A stretch of DNA of 39,798 bases, taken from the NCBI GenBank assembly GCA_944393475.1, contig CALYAI010000002.1, positions 1 through 39,798 of the forward strand. Reading direction: 5' to 3'. Under the pieces are notes generated by a model. The model saw only the letters and a program-made list of their open reading frames with translations. It did no database searches and was not told the DNA's origin. This DNA is from an uncultured Clostridia bacterium (lineage in GTDB: Bacteria > Bacillota > Clostridia > TANB77 > CAG-508). Both the position numbers and the translations under genes were made by a program. This document shows, one piece after another, positions 10,187 to 20,166 of the stretch. Each line of letters begins with the position of its first letter. Within the stretch, counting starts at the first letter, position 1.

Positions 10187-10202
10187 GAAGAAACCTCCTC
10201 TT

Positions 10203-11012
10203 TTATATTAATACTAATAAAAAATATGCAAATGGTGCTATAAATATTATACTATCAATTCTATCCAGCATTCCTCCATGTCCAGGTATTAAATGGCTAA
10301 AATCTTTAATTCCTACAAATCTTTTTATTGATGATGCTGCAAAATCACCTATTTGACTTAATAAACTTAACATTAGCCCTATAATACCAATGGAAATATA
10401 ATTAATATTAGTTCCTGCAAAATTGTTAATTAATACTGTATATATTAATATAAGCACGACTGCACCAATTGTTCCAGCTACACATCCTTCTATTGTTTTA
10501 TTTGGACTTATTTTGCTGAATTTATGTTTTCCGATTAATTTTCCAAATGTAAAAGCAAATACGTCCGTTCCCCATGCGGCAAATATTACATACCAAATTA
10601 GAAACACACCATTTTCTGCTGCTCTAATTATTGGCATAAACATTAAAAATATTACTATATAACAAATTCCAAATATTGTTATAGCTGAATCTATTATGGT
10701 TGTTTTCATCTTTGTAATTAATATTTGTGCAAAACATAAAAAAATTGCAATTGGTACTACTGCACCTATTATAAATATTATGTATTCCTTAGGAAATACA
10801 TGTATTAATGCTATTATTGCACATGCTAATAGTCCTAGCCATATCAATGGTTTTGCTTTTTCATTTATCTTAAAAGCATGTGCATATTCATAAAAACTCA
10901 TTCCAGCTATAATAGCAAAAGCAATATCTATTATAATTTGATTTCCTAGTATTAGAACTATTGCTACTATTGGTAATCCTATGACTCCTGTAAGTACTCT
11001 TTTTAAATTCAT
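10203..11012 (-). CDS. cdsA: phosphatidate cytidylyltransferase
   Basis: A polytopic membrane protein with the C-terminal signature SSIKRFVGIKDFSHLIPGHGGMLDRIDS. Its start overlaps the uppS stop (TAATG). Confidence 0.9.
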   Translation of the reverse strand: MNLKRVLTGVIGLPIVAIVLILGNQIIIDIAFAIIAGMSFYEYAHAFKINEKAKPLIWLGLLACAIIALIHVFPKEYIIFIIGAVVPIAIFLCFAQILITKMKTTIIDSAITIFGICYIVIFLMFMPIIRAAENGVFLIWYVIFAAWGTDVFAFTFGKLIGKHKFSKISPNKTIEGCVAGTIGAVVLILIYTVLINNFAGTNINYISIGIIGLMLSLLSQIGDFAASSIKRFVGIKDFSHLIPGHGGMLDRIDSIIFIAPFAYFLLVLI

Positions 11013-11725
11013 TATTTTCCTCCAAATTTTCTATTTCTCTTTTGAAATTCTAAAATTGCATTATTAATATCTTCTTCTGTAAAATCAGGCCATAATTTGT
11101 CTACAAATAGAAATTCTGAATATACAATTTGCCATGGTAAAAAATTACTGGTACGCAATTCACCACTTGTTCTAATTACTAAATCTGGATCTGGTTCTCC
11201 CTTAGTATATAAATTATTTGAAATTGTTTCTTCTTTAATATCTTCTATATTTAATTTTCCATCTCTTACTTCTTCTGCAATTTTTCTTACTGCTGTTAAA
11301 ATTTCATTTCTTCCACCATAGTTTAGAGCAATATTAAATGTTACTCCAGTATTATCCTTTGTTCTTTCCTCACACTTTCTTATACTTTTTTGCATTCCTT
11401 CATTTAATACAGAAATATCTCCCAGTACTTTTACTTTTATATTTTCCGTATCTGCTCTTTTGCTATAGTCATCTAAATAATTTTGAAGAAGCAACATTAA
11501 TGCACTTACTTCTTCCTCTGTTCTTTTCCAATTTTCTGTAGAAAAAGCATATACTGTAATATACTTAAGTCCTATCTTATTTGCATATCTAACTATTTTT
11601 TCTAGTGTCTTTGCACCTTCTTTGTGTCCCATTTTTGCAGGTAAGCCTCTTTGCTTTGCCCACCTTCTATTTCCATCCATTATTATAGCAATATGCTTTG
11701 GAAAATTTTCTTGCTCAAATTCCAT
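11012..11725 (-). CDS. uppS: isoprenyl transferase (undecaprenyl-diphosphate synthase)
   Basis: HIAIIMDGNRRWAK, YAFSTENWKR and RTSGELRTSNFLPWQ are cis-prenyltransferase motifs. Confidence 0.93.
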   Translation of the reverse strand: MEFEQENFPKHIAIIMDGNRRWAKQRGLPAKMGHKEGAKTLEKIVRYANKIGLKYITVYAFSTENWKRTEEEVSALMLLLQNYLDDYSKRADTENIKVKVLGDISVLNEGMQKSIRKCEERTKDNTGVTFNIALNYGGRNEILTAVRKIAEEVRDGKLNIEDIKEETISNNLYTKGEPDPDLVIRTSGELRTSNFLPWQIVYSEFLFVDKLWPDFTEEDINNAILEFQKRNRKFGGK

Positions 11726-11768
11726 AAAATTCTTCCTTTCTATAGTTTAAAAAAGAAATACTTTTTAA

Positions 11769-12317
11769 TTAAACTGTCATTATATCTTTTTCTTTAGCTT
11801 CTGTTAATTTATCAATTTCTCCTACATTTTTATCCGTTATTTTTTGGATATTATCTTCTGCTATTTTTAATTCATCTTCTGTTATTTCAGAATTTTTTTG
11901 CATAGCTTTAAATTCATCCAAACCTTCTCTTCTTATAGAACGAATTGCAACTTTTGCTTCTTCACACATTTTTCTAATATCTTTAACGATTTCTTTTCTT
12001 CTTTCTTCATTTAATTCTGGAAAGTTTAATCTAATAACTTTGCCATCATTATTTGGATTTATTCCTAAATCTGATGCTAAGATCGCTTTTTCGACTTCTT
12101 TTAATATACTTGCATCCCATGGTTGTATAACAATTAGTCTTGCTTCTGGTACAGAAACACTTGCTATTTGATTAATTGGTGTTTGAGTACCATAATAATC
12201 TATCTTTATTTTATTTAAAACTGCAGGATTTGCTCTACCAGCTCTAATCTCTGCTAAATTTTCTTTGTATACACTTATTGTTTTACTCATTTTTTCTTCA
12301 ATTTTACTATAATCCAT
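11769..12317 (-). CDS. frr: ribosome recycling factor
   Basis: The product resembles RRF over its full length (RAGRANPAVLNKIKIDYYGTQTPINQIASVSVPEARL...). Confidence 0.95.
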   Translation of the reverse strand: MDYSKIEEKMSKTISVYKENLAEIRAGRANPAVLNKIKIDYYGTQTPINQIASVSVPEARLIVIQPWDASILKEVEKAILASDLGINPNNDGKVIRLNFPELNEERRKEIVKDIRKMCEEAKVAIRSIRREGLDEFKAMQKNSEITEDELKIAEDNIQKITDKNVGEIDKLTEAKEKDIMTV

Positions 12318-12356
12318 TTTACTTCTCTCCTTTTTTATTTAAACCGGTGCTAAATT

Positions 12357-13085
12357 TTATTCCACTACCGTTCCTATTTTTTCTCCTCTAGCTACTTTTA
12401 TAATATTTTTTGGATCATCTATTCCAAAAACAACTAAAGGTATATGATTGTCCCTGCATAATGATGTTGCAGTAGAATCCATTACTTTTAAATCTTTATT
12501 TAGAATATCTAAATATGTTATCTTATCGTATCTTATTGCTGTTTTATCTATTTCTGGATCTGCAGAATAAACTGCATCTATAGACTTTCCAAGCAATATT
12601 ACATCTGCATCTATTTCTGCTGCTCTTAAAGCTGCAGCTGTATCTGTTGTAAAATATGGGTTTCCAGTTCCGCATGCAAATATAACTATTCTACCTTTTT
12701 CTAAATGTTTTAGTGCTTTTCTTTTTATATATGGTTCTGCAATTTCTCTCATTTCTATTGCTGTTTGAACTCTTGTAAATACTCCTCTTGCTTCCAAAGC
12801 ATCTTGAAGTGCTAAACCATTCATTGCTGTAGCTAACATTCCCATATAATCAGCTGTTGTTCTTTCCATTTGATGGCCATATCTTCCTCTCCAGAAATTT
12901 CCGCCTCCTACTACTATTGCAACCTGTATTCCTAATTCCGATGTTTCTTTTATTGCATCACAGAGTTCTCCTACAACTTTTGCATCAATTCCTGTTTTTT
13001 TATCTCCAGCAAGTACTTCTCCACTTAATTTTAGTAGTACTCTTTTATATGGCTTACCATTTTCCAAAATTATACACTCTCCCAT
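12357..13085 (-). CDS. pyrH: UMP kinase
   Basis: [23 protein letters not shown] and the rest resemble PyrH. The ATG at 13085 has no RBS. An in-frame TTG at 13067 preceded by GGAGAG would give [10 protein letters not shown]..., a more typical N-terminus. Confidence 0.92.
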   Translation of the reverse strand: MGECIILENGKPYKRVLLKLSGEVLAGDKKTGIDAKVVGELCDAIKETSELGIQVAIVVGGGNFWRGRYGHQMERTTADYMGMLATAMNGLALQDALEARGVFTRVQTAIEMREIAEPYIKRKALKHLEKGRIVIFACGTGNPYFTTDTAAALRAAEIDADVILLGKSIDAVYSADPEIDKTAIRYDKITYLDILNKDLKVMDSTATSLCRDNHIPLVVFGIDDPKNIIKVARGEKIGTVVE

Positions 13086-13316
13086 CTTTTATAAATTAGC
13101 AAGCTTATTCTATCATATAATTTTATGAATTTGTATAATTTTTTAATATTTTCTTAATTTTATTACTATACTTTTTCTTTATTAAATATTTTGTCAATTT
13201 TTTTACCGACCAACTAGTTATTATTACTTGCTTAATTATAATATTTGTACTATTATAATACATATAATACAGCTTGAGTAAAACATATATCAAAACGTGA
13301 AAGGAAGATTGTGTAT

Positions 13317-15053
13317 ATGAGTAAAAAAAATCTGGCTGAAAAATTACAAAAAAAATATCACAAAGCAAAAAATGTTACAGATCTAAAAGATCTATTATAT
13401 AAGTCTGCTACTAGATACACTAGAAGACCTGCTTTTAAATTAAAAGATAAAATTGGAAATATTTATAAAGTAACATATCAAAAGTTCAAAGAAGATGTTA
13501 TGGCTTTAGGAACAGCTTTAATTAATCTTGGGTTAAAAGATAGCAATATTGCTGTTATAGGAAAAAATAGCTATGATTGGGCAGTTTCCTACATAGCTGC
13601 AACAATTGTTGGAGTTGTAGTTCCAATAGATAAGGAATTAAAGATTAATGATGTAACTAATTTTATAAATGTTTCTTCTTCTAAAGCTGTTTTAGGGGAT
13701 GACAAATTTATACAGGAACTTATAAAAAACAAGTCTTCAATAGAAAATAAAAATATATTATTTATAAATTTCAATTCAGATAAAGATACTAGTAATTATA
13801 TGTCTTATAAATTAGTTCTATCTGCTGGATATGACCAGTTAGAAGAAGGAAATAGAGATTTCGATAATATAAAAATAGATCCAGATAGTATGAAAATACT
13901 TATTTTTACTTCTGGAACAACGGGTAATGCAAAGGGAGTTTGCTTATCACACAAAAATATTGTTTCTAATATAATGTCAACATTTGGTATTGTTAAAGTA
14001 AAAAGAAATGACCAAGTTCTTTCTATTCTACCTTTACATCATACATATGAATGTACTTTAGGGTTTTTGCTTGTAATTTATAGTGGTGGATGTATTAGTT
14101 ATTGTGAAGGTCTTCGTCATATTACAAATAATATTGCTGAATTTAAGCCTACAGTTATCCTATGTGTTCCATTATTATTGGAAAAAATGTATAAAAAAAT
14201 AGAATCAACTGTTAGAAAATCATTGCCCGAAAAATATGCAAATATTGAAGGAGATTTAATTGCAAATTTACCTTTTATTATAAGAAAAGTGGTAATAAGT
14301 AAAGTTAAAAATTCACTTGGTGGAAGATTAAGAGCTTTTATAGTTGGTGCTGCACCACTTTCACCAGACGTAATAAATTCATTTAATAATTTGCATATAA
14401 AATCAATTCAAGGATATGGACTTACAGAATGTTCCCCATTGGTTGCAGGAAATAATGATTTTTATATTAAACCAGATGCAGTAGGATTGCCTATTCCGAA
14501 TGTTTCTTATAAAATAGAAAATCCAGATTCTTCAGGTGTTGGTGAAATTATTGTAAAAGGACCAAATGTAATGCTCGGTTATTATAATGATGAAGAAGAA
14601 ACAAGGAAAACTATTAAAGATGGTTGGTTTCATACTGGAGATTTAGGAAAAATTGATGATGATGGCTGGCTATATATTACAGGAAGACTAAAAACAGTTA
14701 TAGTTACACAAAATGGTAAAAATATATATCCAGAAGAAATAGAACATTATCTAAATGAAAATCCATTAATAGCAGAATCTTTAGTAACAGGACTTCCTGA
14801 TGATAAAGATGAAGAAGTATATGTTAATGCTCAAATATTTCCTAATATTGATGCTATAAAAGAATATTTAAAAACTTCAATTCCTCAAAAAGAAGAAGTT
14901 TTTGCTGTTATTAAAGATATTGTTTCTAGCGTAAATAAAAAATTGCCAAATTATAAACACATAAAATCATTTATTATTAAAGATGAAGAATTTGAAAAGA
15001 CTACTACCCAAAAGATTAAGAGATTTGGCAAAAATGTCGAAAATAACAATTAA
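13317..15053 (+). CDS. AMP-dependent (long-chain) acyl-CoA synthetase/ligase
   Basis: The AMP-binding motif FTSGTTGNAKGV is present, along with GYGLTE, GWFHTGDLG and C-terminal KIKR. I prefer the ATG at 13317 because the AAGGAAG RBS lies 9 nt upstream. The track's GTG at 13311 is only 3 nt from that RBS. Confidence 0.8.
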   Translation: MSKKNLAEKLQKKYHKAKNVTDLKDLLYKSATRYTRRPAFKLKDKIGNIYKVTYQKFKEDVMALGTALINLGLKDSNIAVIGKNSYDWAVSYIAATIVGVVVPIDKELKINDVTNFINVSSSKAVLGDDKFIQELIKNKSSIENKNILFINFNSDKDTSNYMSYKLVLSAGYDQLEEGNRDFDNIKIDPDSMKILIFTSGTTGNAKGVCLSHKNIVSNIMSTFGIVKVKRNDQVLSILPLHHTYECTLGFLLVIYSGGCISYCEGLRHITNNIAEFKPTVILCVPLLLEKMYKKIESTVRKSLPEKYANIEGDLIANLPFIIRKVVISKVKNSLGGRLRAFIVGAAPLSPDVINSFNNLHIKSIQGYGLTECSPLVAGNNDFYIKPDAVGLPIPNVSYKIENPDSSGVGEIIVKGPNVMLGYYNDEEETRKTIKDGWFHTGDLGKIDDDGWLYITGRLKTVIVTQNGKNIYPEEIEHYLNENPLIAESLVTGLPDDKDEEVYVNAQIFPNIDAIKEYLKTSIPQKEEVFAVIKDIVSSVNKKLPNYKHIKSFIIKDEEFEKTTTQKIKRFGKNVENNN

Positions 15054-15090
15054 CAAAAGAGGGTGCTTAAAATAGGAGTCCAAGAAACAA

Positions 15091-15124
15091 GAAATCCAAC
15101 TTAGTAAGAGTTGGATTTTTCATT
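15091..15124. terminator. bidirectional intrinsic terminator between convergent genes
   Basis: The hairpin AAATCCAACT-(loop)-AGTTGGATTT is followed by a T-run. It lies between the acyl-CoA synthetase (+) and lepB (-). Confidence 0.6.
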
Positions 15125-15148
15125 CTAAAAACTCTGTTATACTTAATT

Positions 15149-15787
15149 TTATTCCACCTTTCCAAATTCATCAAATGGCCAAAATCTAAATGCTACAATG
15201 CTTTCTATTTTATCCTGTGGTATACAACCAAATGCTCTACAGTCATGACTATTTTCTCTATTATCACCCATTGCAAATACAGTTCCTTCGGGTACTGTAA
15301 AATCAACCAAAAGCCCCCCTTCGGATTCTGTTTTTATATCACTTGCCAAATAATCTTCTTTTAATTCTGTTCCATTTATATATACTTTGCCATTTTGAAT
15401 TTTTACATGTTCACCTGGTAAAGCAATAACTCTTTTTATATAACTTATTTTCCCTATTTCTAATACATTATGAATAAATTTATTTACTACTCCTTCAGGT
15501 TCTTTATATATGGCTGTTGGAGTCTCTTTAAATTGCTTTTCATTTAAATATTGCTCTGTTGGTGCCTCAAATGTTATAATCTCTCCTCTTTTTGGCAAAT
15601 TATTACCTAAACGTATTGTTCTATTTAATATAAGTCTCTGATCCTCTATTAATGTTGGTTTCATAGAAACTGATTGAACCTTAGTTGGAGTCATAATATA
15701 ATATCTAATCCACAAGCCTAATACAACTGCTATTATAATACAAATTATCCATTCTAAAACGTTCTTTAATTCCTCATTAATATCCAT
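15149..15787 (-). CDS. lepB: signal peptidase I
   Basis: An N-terminal TM segment is followed by SVSMKPTL (catalytic Ser box), YIKRVIALPGE (Lys box) and GDNRENSHDCRAFG. Confidence 0.88.
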   Translation of the reverse strand: MDINEELKNVLEWIICIIIAVVLGLWIRYYIMTPTKVQSVSMKPTLIEDQRLILNRTIRLGNNLPKRGEIITFEAPTEQYLNEKQFKETPTAIYKEPEGVVNKFIHNVLEIGKISYIKRVIALPGEHVKIQNGKVYINGTELKEDYLASDIKTESEGGLLVDFTVPEGTVFAMGDNRENSHDCRAFGCIPQDKIESIVAFRFWPFDEFGKVE

Positions 15788-15821
15788 TTCTTATATTTGC
15801 CTCCTCTTATGTACATTGCTC

Positions 15822-16613
15822 CTAAGGTCTTAATAAATCTTCAAGAACCACTTTGCTTCCATATTTTATAATTATTGGAACTGACTTTGTTAGTTTTACT
15901 CCTTCTATATTTGTTTTTACATCTCTTGAACCAGGTATTACTACTGCATCTCTCGGAATTACTATTTGACCATTCTCATTTGGTGTTATAATATTTCCAT
16001 TTACATTATCATAAACTGGTGTACTTCCTGTAATTGTAACACCTGCTCCAATTACAGCACCTTCCTCAACTATTGTTCCTTCTGTTATTTGTGATCCAGC
16101 TCCTACAAAGACATTGTCTTCTATTATTACTGGATATGCACCTACTGGCTCTAGCACTCCTCCGATTATTACTCCTGCACCTAAATGTACATTCTTTCCT
16201 ATTTGTGCACAAGAACCAACTAATGCTAAAGAATCAACCATTGATCCCTCATCTATATATGCACCAATATTTGTATAGCATGGTGGCATGAATGTAACAC
16301 CCTTTCCAATATATACTCCATCTCTTATTGAAACAGTTCTAGAAACAACTCTTACTTTGTCTTCTAATCTTACTTCTCTATCACCCATGGTGTCTTTATC
16401 AATCATTCCACCACCAAAGTCCATAATTTCTCCATACTTAAATCCTAATAGGATAAACTGTTTTACCCATTTATTAACTTTCCATTCTCCACTTTCTTTT
16501 TCTGCAACTCTTATCTTTCCAGAGTTTAAGTCTTCCTTAAATTCTTCCCATACAGGCATAAAGTCCATTCTTGTTAGATTTTCATCTTTTAATAATTTTA
16601 AATATTTTTCCAT
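15822..16613 (-). CDS. dapD: 2,3,4,5-tetrahydropyridine-2,6-dicarboxylate N-succinyltransferase (DapD type)
   Basis: GKIRVAEK..GEWKVNKWVKQFILLGF and YTNIGAYIDEGSMVDSLALVGSCAQIGKNVHLGAGVIIGGVLEPV..PVIIEDNVFVGAGS closely parallel E. coli DapD as I remember it. Hexapeptide repeats are present. A GGAGGA RBS precedes the start. Confidence 0.82.
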   Translation of the reverse strand: MEKYLKLLKDENLTRMDFMPVWEEFKEDLNSGKIRVAEKESGEWKVNKWVKQFILLGFKYGEIMDFGGGMIDKDTMGDREVRLEDKVRVVSRTVSIRDGVYIGKGVTFMPPCYTNIGAYIDEGSMVDSLALVGSCAQIGKNVHLGAGVIIGGVLEPVGAYPVIIEDNVFVGAGSQITEGTIVEEGAVIGAGVTITGSTPVYDNVNGNIITPNENGQIVIPRDAVVIPGSRDVKTNIEGVKLTKSVPIIIKYGSKVVLEDLLRP

Positions 16614-16703
16614 AATTTCCTCCTACCAGATCTTTTAATCTGCACACATAATATCACAATCATATTTAATTATCAATTCATTTTATAATTATATTTACCC
16701 CTA

Positions 16704-16732
16704 TATACAAAAGCTAAAAAAAGGTATATAAT
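16704..16732 (+). promoter_or_regulatory. putative sigma-A promoter for murE
   Basis: -35 TATACA (16704-16709), a 17-nt spacer, then -10 TATAAT (16727-16732). The AT-rich background makes chance matches likely. Confidence 0.3.
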
Positions 16733-16750
16733 ACGTGCGAGGTGAAATTT

Positions 16751-18250
16751 ATGAAAATTAAGGATATTTTCAATAATATAGAAATAATTGAATCAGTTGG
16801 TAGCTTGGATTTAGAAATAAATAATCTTACTTCTGACTCAAGGGTTATAGAAAAAAATGATATGTTTTTTGCAATAAAGGGCTATGACTTAGATGGAACC
16901 AAATTTATTCCAAGTGCAATAAAAAATGGTGCTACTGCAATTGTTGTAGACGAAACTTGCTCTTTTGCTGATTTTAATATTCCAAAAGATATATCATTTA
17001 TTAAGGTTAGCAATATTCGTCATGCTCTTGCAATTGCAAGTTGTAATTTATATGATAATCCATCTAAAAAATTAAAATTAATTGGTGTTACTGGTACAAA
17101 AGGAAAGACAACATCTACATTTATGATAAAATCAATATTACAGCAACATGGTTATAAAGTTGGATTAATTGGTAGTATTGCCATTTATATTAATGATGAA
17201 AAATTAGAAGATTGTGATAGGACTACTGCAGAAAGTTTTAAAATCCAAAAAACTTTAGCAGAAATGGTTAAACAAAATGTAGATATTGCAATTTTGGAAG
17301 TTTCTTCACAAGCAATGAAGTTGGACAGGGTTATTGGTTGTAATTTTGATGCTGTACTATTTACAAATCTTTCTGAAGATCACATTAGTCCAAAAGAACA
17401 TAAAGATATGGAAGATTATTTTAATGCAAAATTATCTTTAGCAAAAATGGCTCCTTTTGTTGTTTATAATCTGGATAATGAATATACTGCTAGAATTCCT
17501 AATTTGCTATCTGATAAAGAATTAAAAAGTTTTGCGATGAATGTTAAAGCAGATATAATGGCAGAAGATTTAAATTTAAGCAATACCGGTGTTGATTTTT
17601 CTCTATGCATGAATAGTAAAAAATATCCTGTAAGGGTTTCTATTCCTGGAAAATACATGGTTTATAATTGTCTTGGTGCTATTGGCATTGCAGAACATTT
17701 TGGAGTAGATATAAAAAATATTCAAACAGCTTTAAGTCATATTAAAGTTTTTGGTAGAAGTGAAATCGTTCCAAATAAATTGGGACTTAAAATATTAATA
17801 GATTACGCTCATACTCCTTCTAGTCTACAATCCATTTTAGAAACTGTAAAACCATATACAAAGGGTAGAGTTATCTGTACATGGGGTGTTGGCGGAGATA
17901 GAGATTCTAAAAAACGACCTATAATGGGAGAAATTTCTGGAAAGCTAGCAGATTTAACAATACTTACTTCAGACCAAGTTCGTACAGAAGATCCTAATAA
18001 AATTCTTGACGATATAGAAGTGGGATTAAAAAAATCCGGTGGTAAATATGTTCGTATTCTAAATCGAACAGAGGCTATAAAATATGCTTTATCCATTGCA
18101 ACTACGGATGATATTATAGTTCTTCCTGGTCTTGGAAGTGATTTATATATAGAATATATGCATGTTAAATATCCATATGATGAAAGAGTCGTAATTCACG
18201 ATGCAATAGAAGAAATGATTGCTTCTGGGCAAAAGAAACCAATTGAATAA
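16751..18250 (+). CDS. murE: UDP-N-acetylmuramoyl-L-alanyl-D-glutamate--diamino acid ligase (MurE)
   Basis: The P-loop GVTGTKGKTT is present, with Mur ligase middle and C-terminal domains (DYAHTP, GGDRD). I prefer the ATG at 16751 because GAGGTG lies 6 nt upstream. The track's GTG at 16742 lies inside that RBS. Confidence 0.9.
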   Translation: MKIKDIFNNIEIIESVGSLDLEINNLTSDSRVIEKNDMFFAIKGYDLDGTKFIPSAIKNGATAIVVDETCSFADFNIPKDISFIKVSNIRHALAIASCNLYDNPSKKLKLIGVTGTKGKTTSTFMIKSILQQHGYKVGLIGSIAIYINDEKLEDCDRTTAESFKIQKTLAEMVKQNVDIAILEVSSQAMKLDRVIGCNFDAVLFTNLSEDHISPKEHKDMEDYFNAKLSLAKMAPFVVYNLDNEYTARIPNLLSDKELKSFAMNVKADIMAEDLNLSNTGVDFSLCMNSKKYPVRVSIPGKYMVYNCLGAIGIAEHFGVDIKNIQTALSHIKVFGRSEIVPNKLGLKILIDYAHTPSSLQSILETVKPYTKGRVICTWGVGGDRDSKKRPIMGEISGKLADLTILTSDQVRTEDPNKILDDIEVGLKKSGGKYVRILNRTEAIKYALSIATTDDIIVLPGLGSDLYIEYMHVKYPYDERVVIHDAIEEMIASGQKKPIE

Positions 18251-18258
18251 AACATTTT

Positions 18259-18286
18259 TAGCTACACTTTTAGTGTAGCTTTTTAT
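18259..18286. terminator. intrinsic terminator shared by convergent murE and dapF
   Basis: The hairpin AGCTACAC-(tttta)-GTGTAGCT is followed by TTTTT. Confidence 0.6.
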
Positions 18287-19137
18287 TATATATTAATATT
18301 TCCATCATATACTTTTGTAGCAATTCCTCTCATAATAATATGACCATTTTGTTTATTATAATTTATTGCCAATTCTCCTCCTTTTAGAATTGTTTTTACA
18401 AAACCTGAACATATTCCTCTATAATAACTTATAGCAAAAGCAGCACATGCTCCAGTACCACATGCAAATGTTTCTCCTACTCCTCTTTCCCATGTTCTAA
18501 TTTTTAAAGTATTCCTACCTAAACATTGTACGAATTCTATATTAGTTTTATTAGGAAAACATTCCATATTTTCTATAACCTTTCCATACTTATTTATATC
18601 TAAGCTCTCTACATTATTAACAAAAACCACCAAATGAGGGTTTCCCATTGATATGTAATTTCCTATAAACTTAGTATTGTCCACATTAATATTAATAACT
18701 ATCGGAAGTTTGTAATTATTTTTTACTCTAATATTATTGTTATCTTCAAATATTGGTCTTCCCATATCGACTTCTATTTCCTCAACTACTCCATTTCTTA
18801 CAATTAAGTATGCATACCTTATGCCTGCTTTTGTTTCTATTTTTAAATTTTGTTTTTGAACTATTTCCTCTTCATAAACATATTTGCAAAAGCACCTTAT
18901 CCCATTACCACACATCTCTGCTTCTGTTCCATCTTTATTAAAAATCCTCATTTTAGCATCTGCAATATTGCTTTCTTCTACTAAGATAACTCCATCTGCA
19001 CCAATTCCAAAATTTCTATTACACATATACCTAACCATCTGAGGTATTTTGCTCTTTACTATTATATTTTTATCTTTTATACAATTTATACAAATATAAT
19101 CATTTCCCAATCCATGCATTTTAGAAAAAGTAATCAA
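18286..19137 (-). CDS. dapF: diaminopimelate epimerase
   Basis: FSKMHGLGNDY, MCGNGIRCF and FACGTGACA provide the two catalytic Cys motifs. The track's ATG at 19152 is itself part of the GGAGGTG RBS. A TTG at 19137, 5 nt after it, gives MITFSKMHGLGNDY. Confidence 0.9.
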   Translation of the reverse strand: MITFSKMHGLGNDYICINCIKDKNIIVKSKIPQMVRYMCNRNFGIGADGVILVEESNIADAKMRIFNKDGTEAEMCGNGIRCFCKYVYEEEIVQKQNLKIETKAGIRYAYLIVRNGVVEEIEVDMGRPIFEDNNNIRVKNNYKLPIVININVDNTKFIGNYISMGNPHLVVFVNNVESLDINKYGKVIENMECFPNKTNIEFVQCLGRNTLKIRTWERGVGETFACGTGACAAFAISYYRGICSGFVKTILKGGELAINYNKQNGHIIMRGIATKVYDGNINI

Positions 19138-19256
19138 AATGTTCACCTCCATATATTAAAATATGTATGTTTTTTATTTTTTGTTACTTAATATGTAAAT
19201 CATCTTCCTTTTATACTTTATATTTGATATAATTTTTAAAAGGTAAGGTGAGAAAA

Positions 19257-20147
19257 ATGAAAAAATTTAATTTACATACTCATTCTAATCATTCATTGGA
19301 TGCAGTTCCAAATATTAATGAAATTATAAATATAGGATTTAATAATGATATTAATTATATTTCTATTACAGATCATGACAATTGTGATGCCTACCTTGAA
19401 TTGGATAAATCTAAAATAGAAAAGCATGGAACACTTATATATGGTATGGAAGCAGATGCTGTAATTAATAATGTTACATATGACATTTTGTGTTATGGTT
19501 TTAATTTAGAGCCTGTTACTATTTGGGCAAAAGAACAATATGGTACTATAGGATCTAGACAAGCTAAAATTTATGAAAAACTAGTTGAATTATGTAATAA
19601 TTTAAATTTAGAATTGGATCATTCTGTTCCATATAATTCGGATAAAGAGTTTGCACATGCTGCAATATATAGAATATTAGGATCAAATCCCAAAAATATT
19701 AGCTTTTTAAATAAATATGAATTAAATAGTGTAAGCGATTTATATAGAAAAAGTACAATGGATCCAAATTTTCCATTATACATAGATATGACAATTGTAT
19801 GGCCAACAATAGAAGAATTAACAAAGATAATACACGAAAATGGTGGAAAAACATTTTTAGCACATCCTTACAGATATGCAAAAACTAGAGACATATTAGA
19901 TATTTTAAATTCATGCTATAAATATGTTGATGGTATAGAAATTTATAATGATCCAAAAGATTTTGACGAAGTAAAATATTTATATACCTTTGCAAAATTG
20001 CATAATCTTCTTGTTTCTGCTGGATCAGATTTTCATGGAAATGATAAGCATAATATTATTAATGTTGATACACTTCCAACAGAAATGCAGGAAGATATTG
20101 AATCTTGGATTAAAGATATTAATGGAAAAATAATTTTTAGCAACTAA
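19257..20147 (+). CDS. PHP-domain metal-dependent phosphoesterase
   Basis: NLHTHSNHSLDA, ISITDHD, GMEAD, LAHPYRY, GIEIYN and SAGSDFHG form the PHP metal-ligand pattern. The ATG at 19257 is preceded by AAGGTG 6 nt upstream. An extended -10, TGATATAAT, lies at 19225-19233. Confidence 0.75.
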   Translation: MKKFNLHTHSNHSLDAVPNINEIINIGFNNDINYISITDHDNCDAYLELDKSKIEKHGTLIYGMEADAVINNVTYDILCYGFNLEPVTIWAKEQYGTIGSRQAKIYEKLVELCNNLNLELDHSVPYNSDKEFAHAAIYRILGSNPKNISFLNKYELNSVSDLYRKSTMDPNFPLYIDMTIVWPTIEELTKIIHENGGKTFLAHPYRYAKTRDILDILNSCYKYVDGIEIYNDPKDFDEVKYLYTFAKLHNLLVSAGSDFHGNDKHNIINVDTLPTEMQEDIESWIKDINGKIIFSN

Positions 20148-20166
20148 TTATTTTAAGGAGGCTTAT

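Noticed and set aside
13123-13368. An 81-aa minus-strand ORF in the pyrH / acyl-CoA synthetase intergenic region.
   Set aside because: It lies in a divergent promoter region and overlaps the start of the acyl-CoA synthetase gene. It has no RBS and a highly biased composition.
16614-16750. A possible lysine (L-box) riboswitch upstream of dapD.
   Set aside because: The divergent intergenic region is only ~137 nt and must hold two promoters. No L-box-like conserved helices or terminator were seen.
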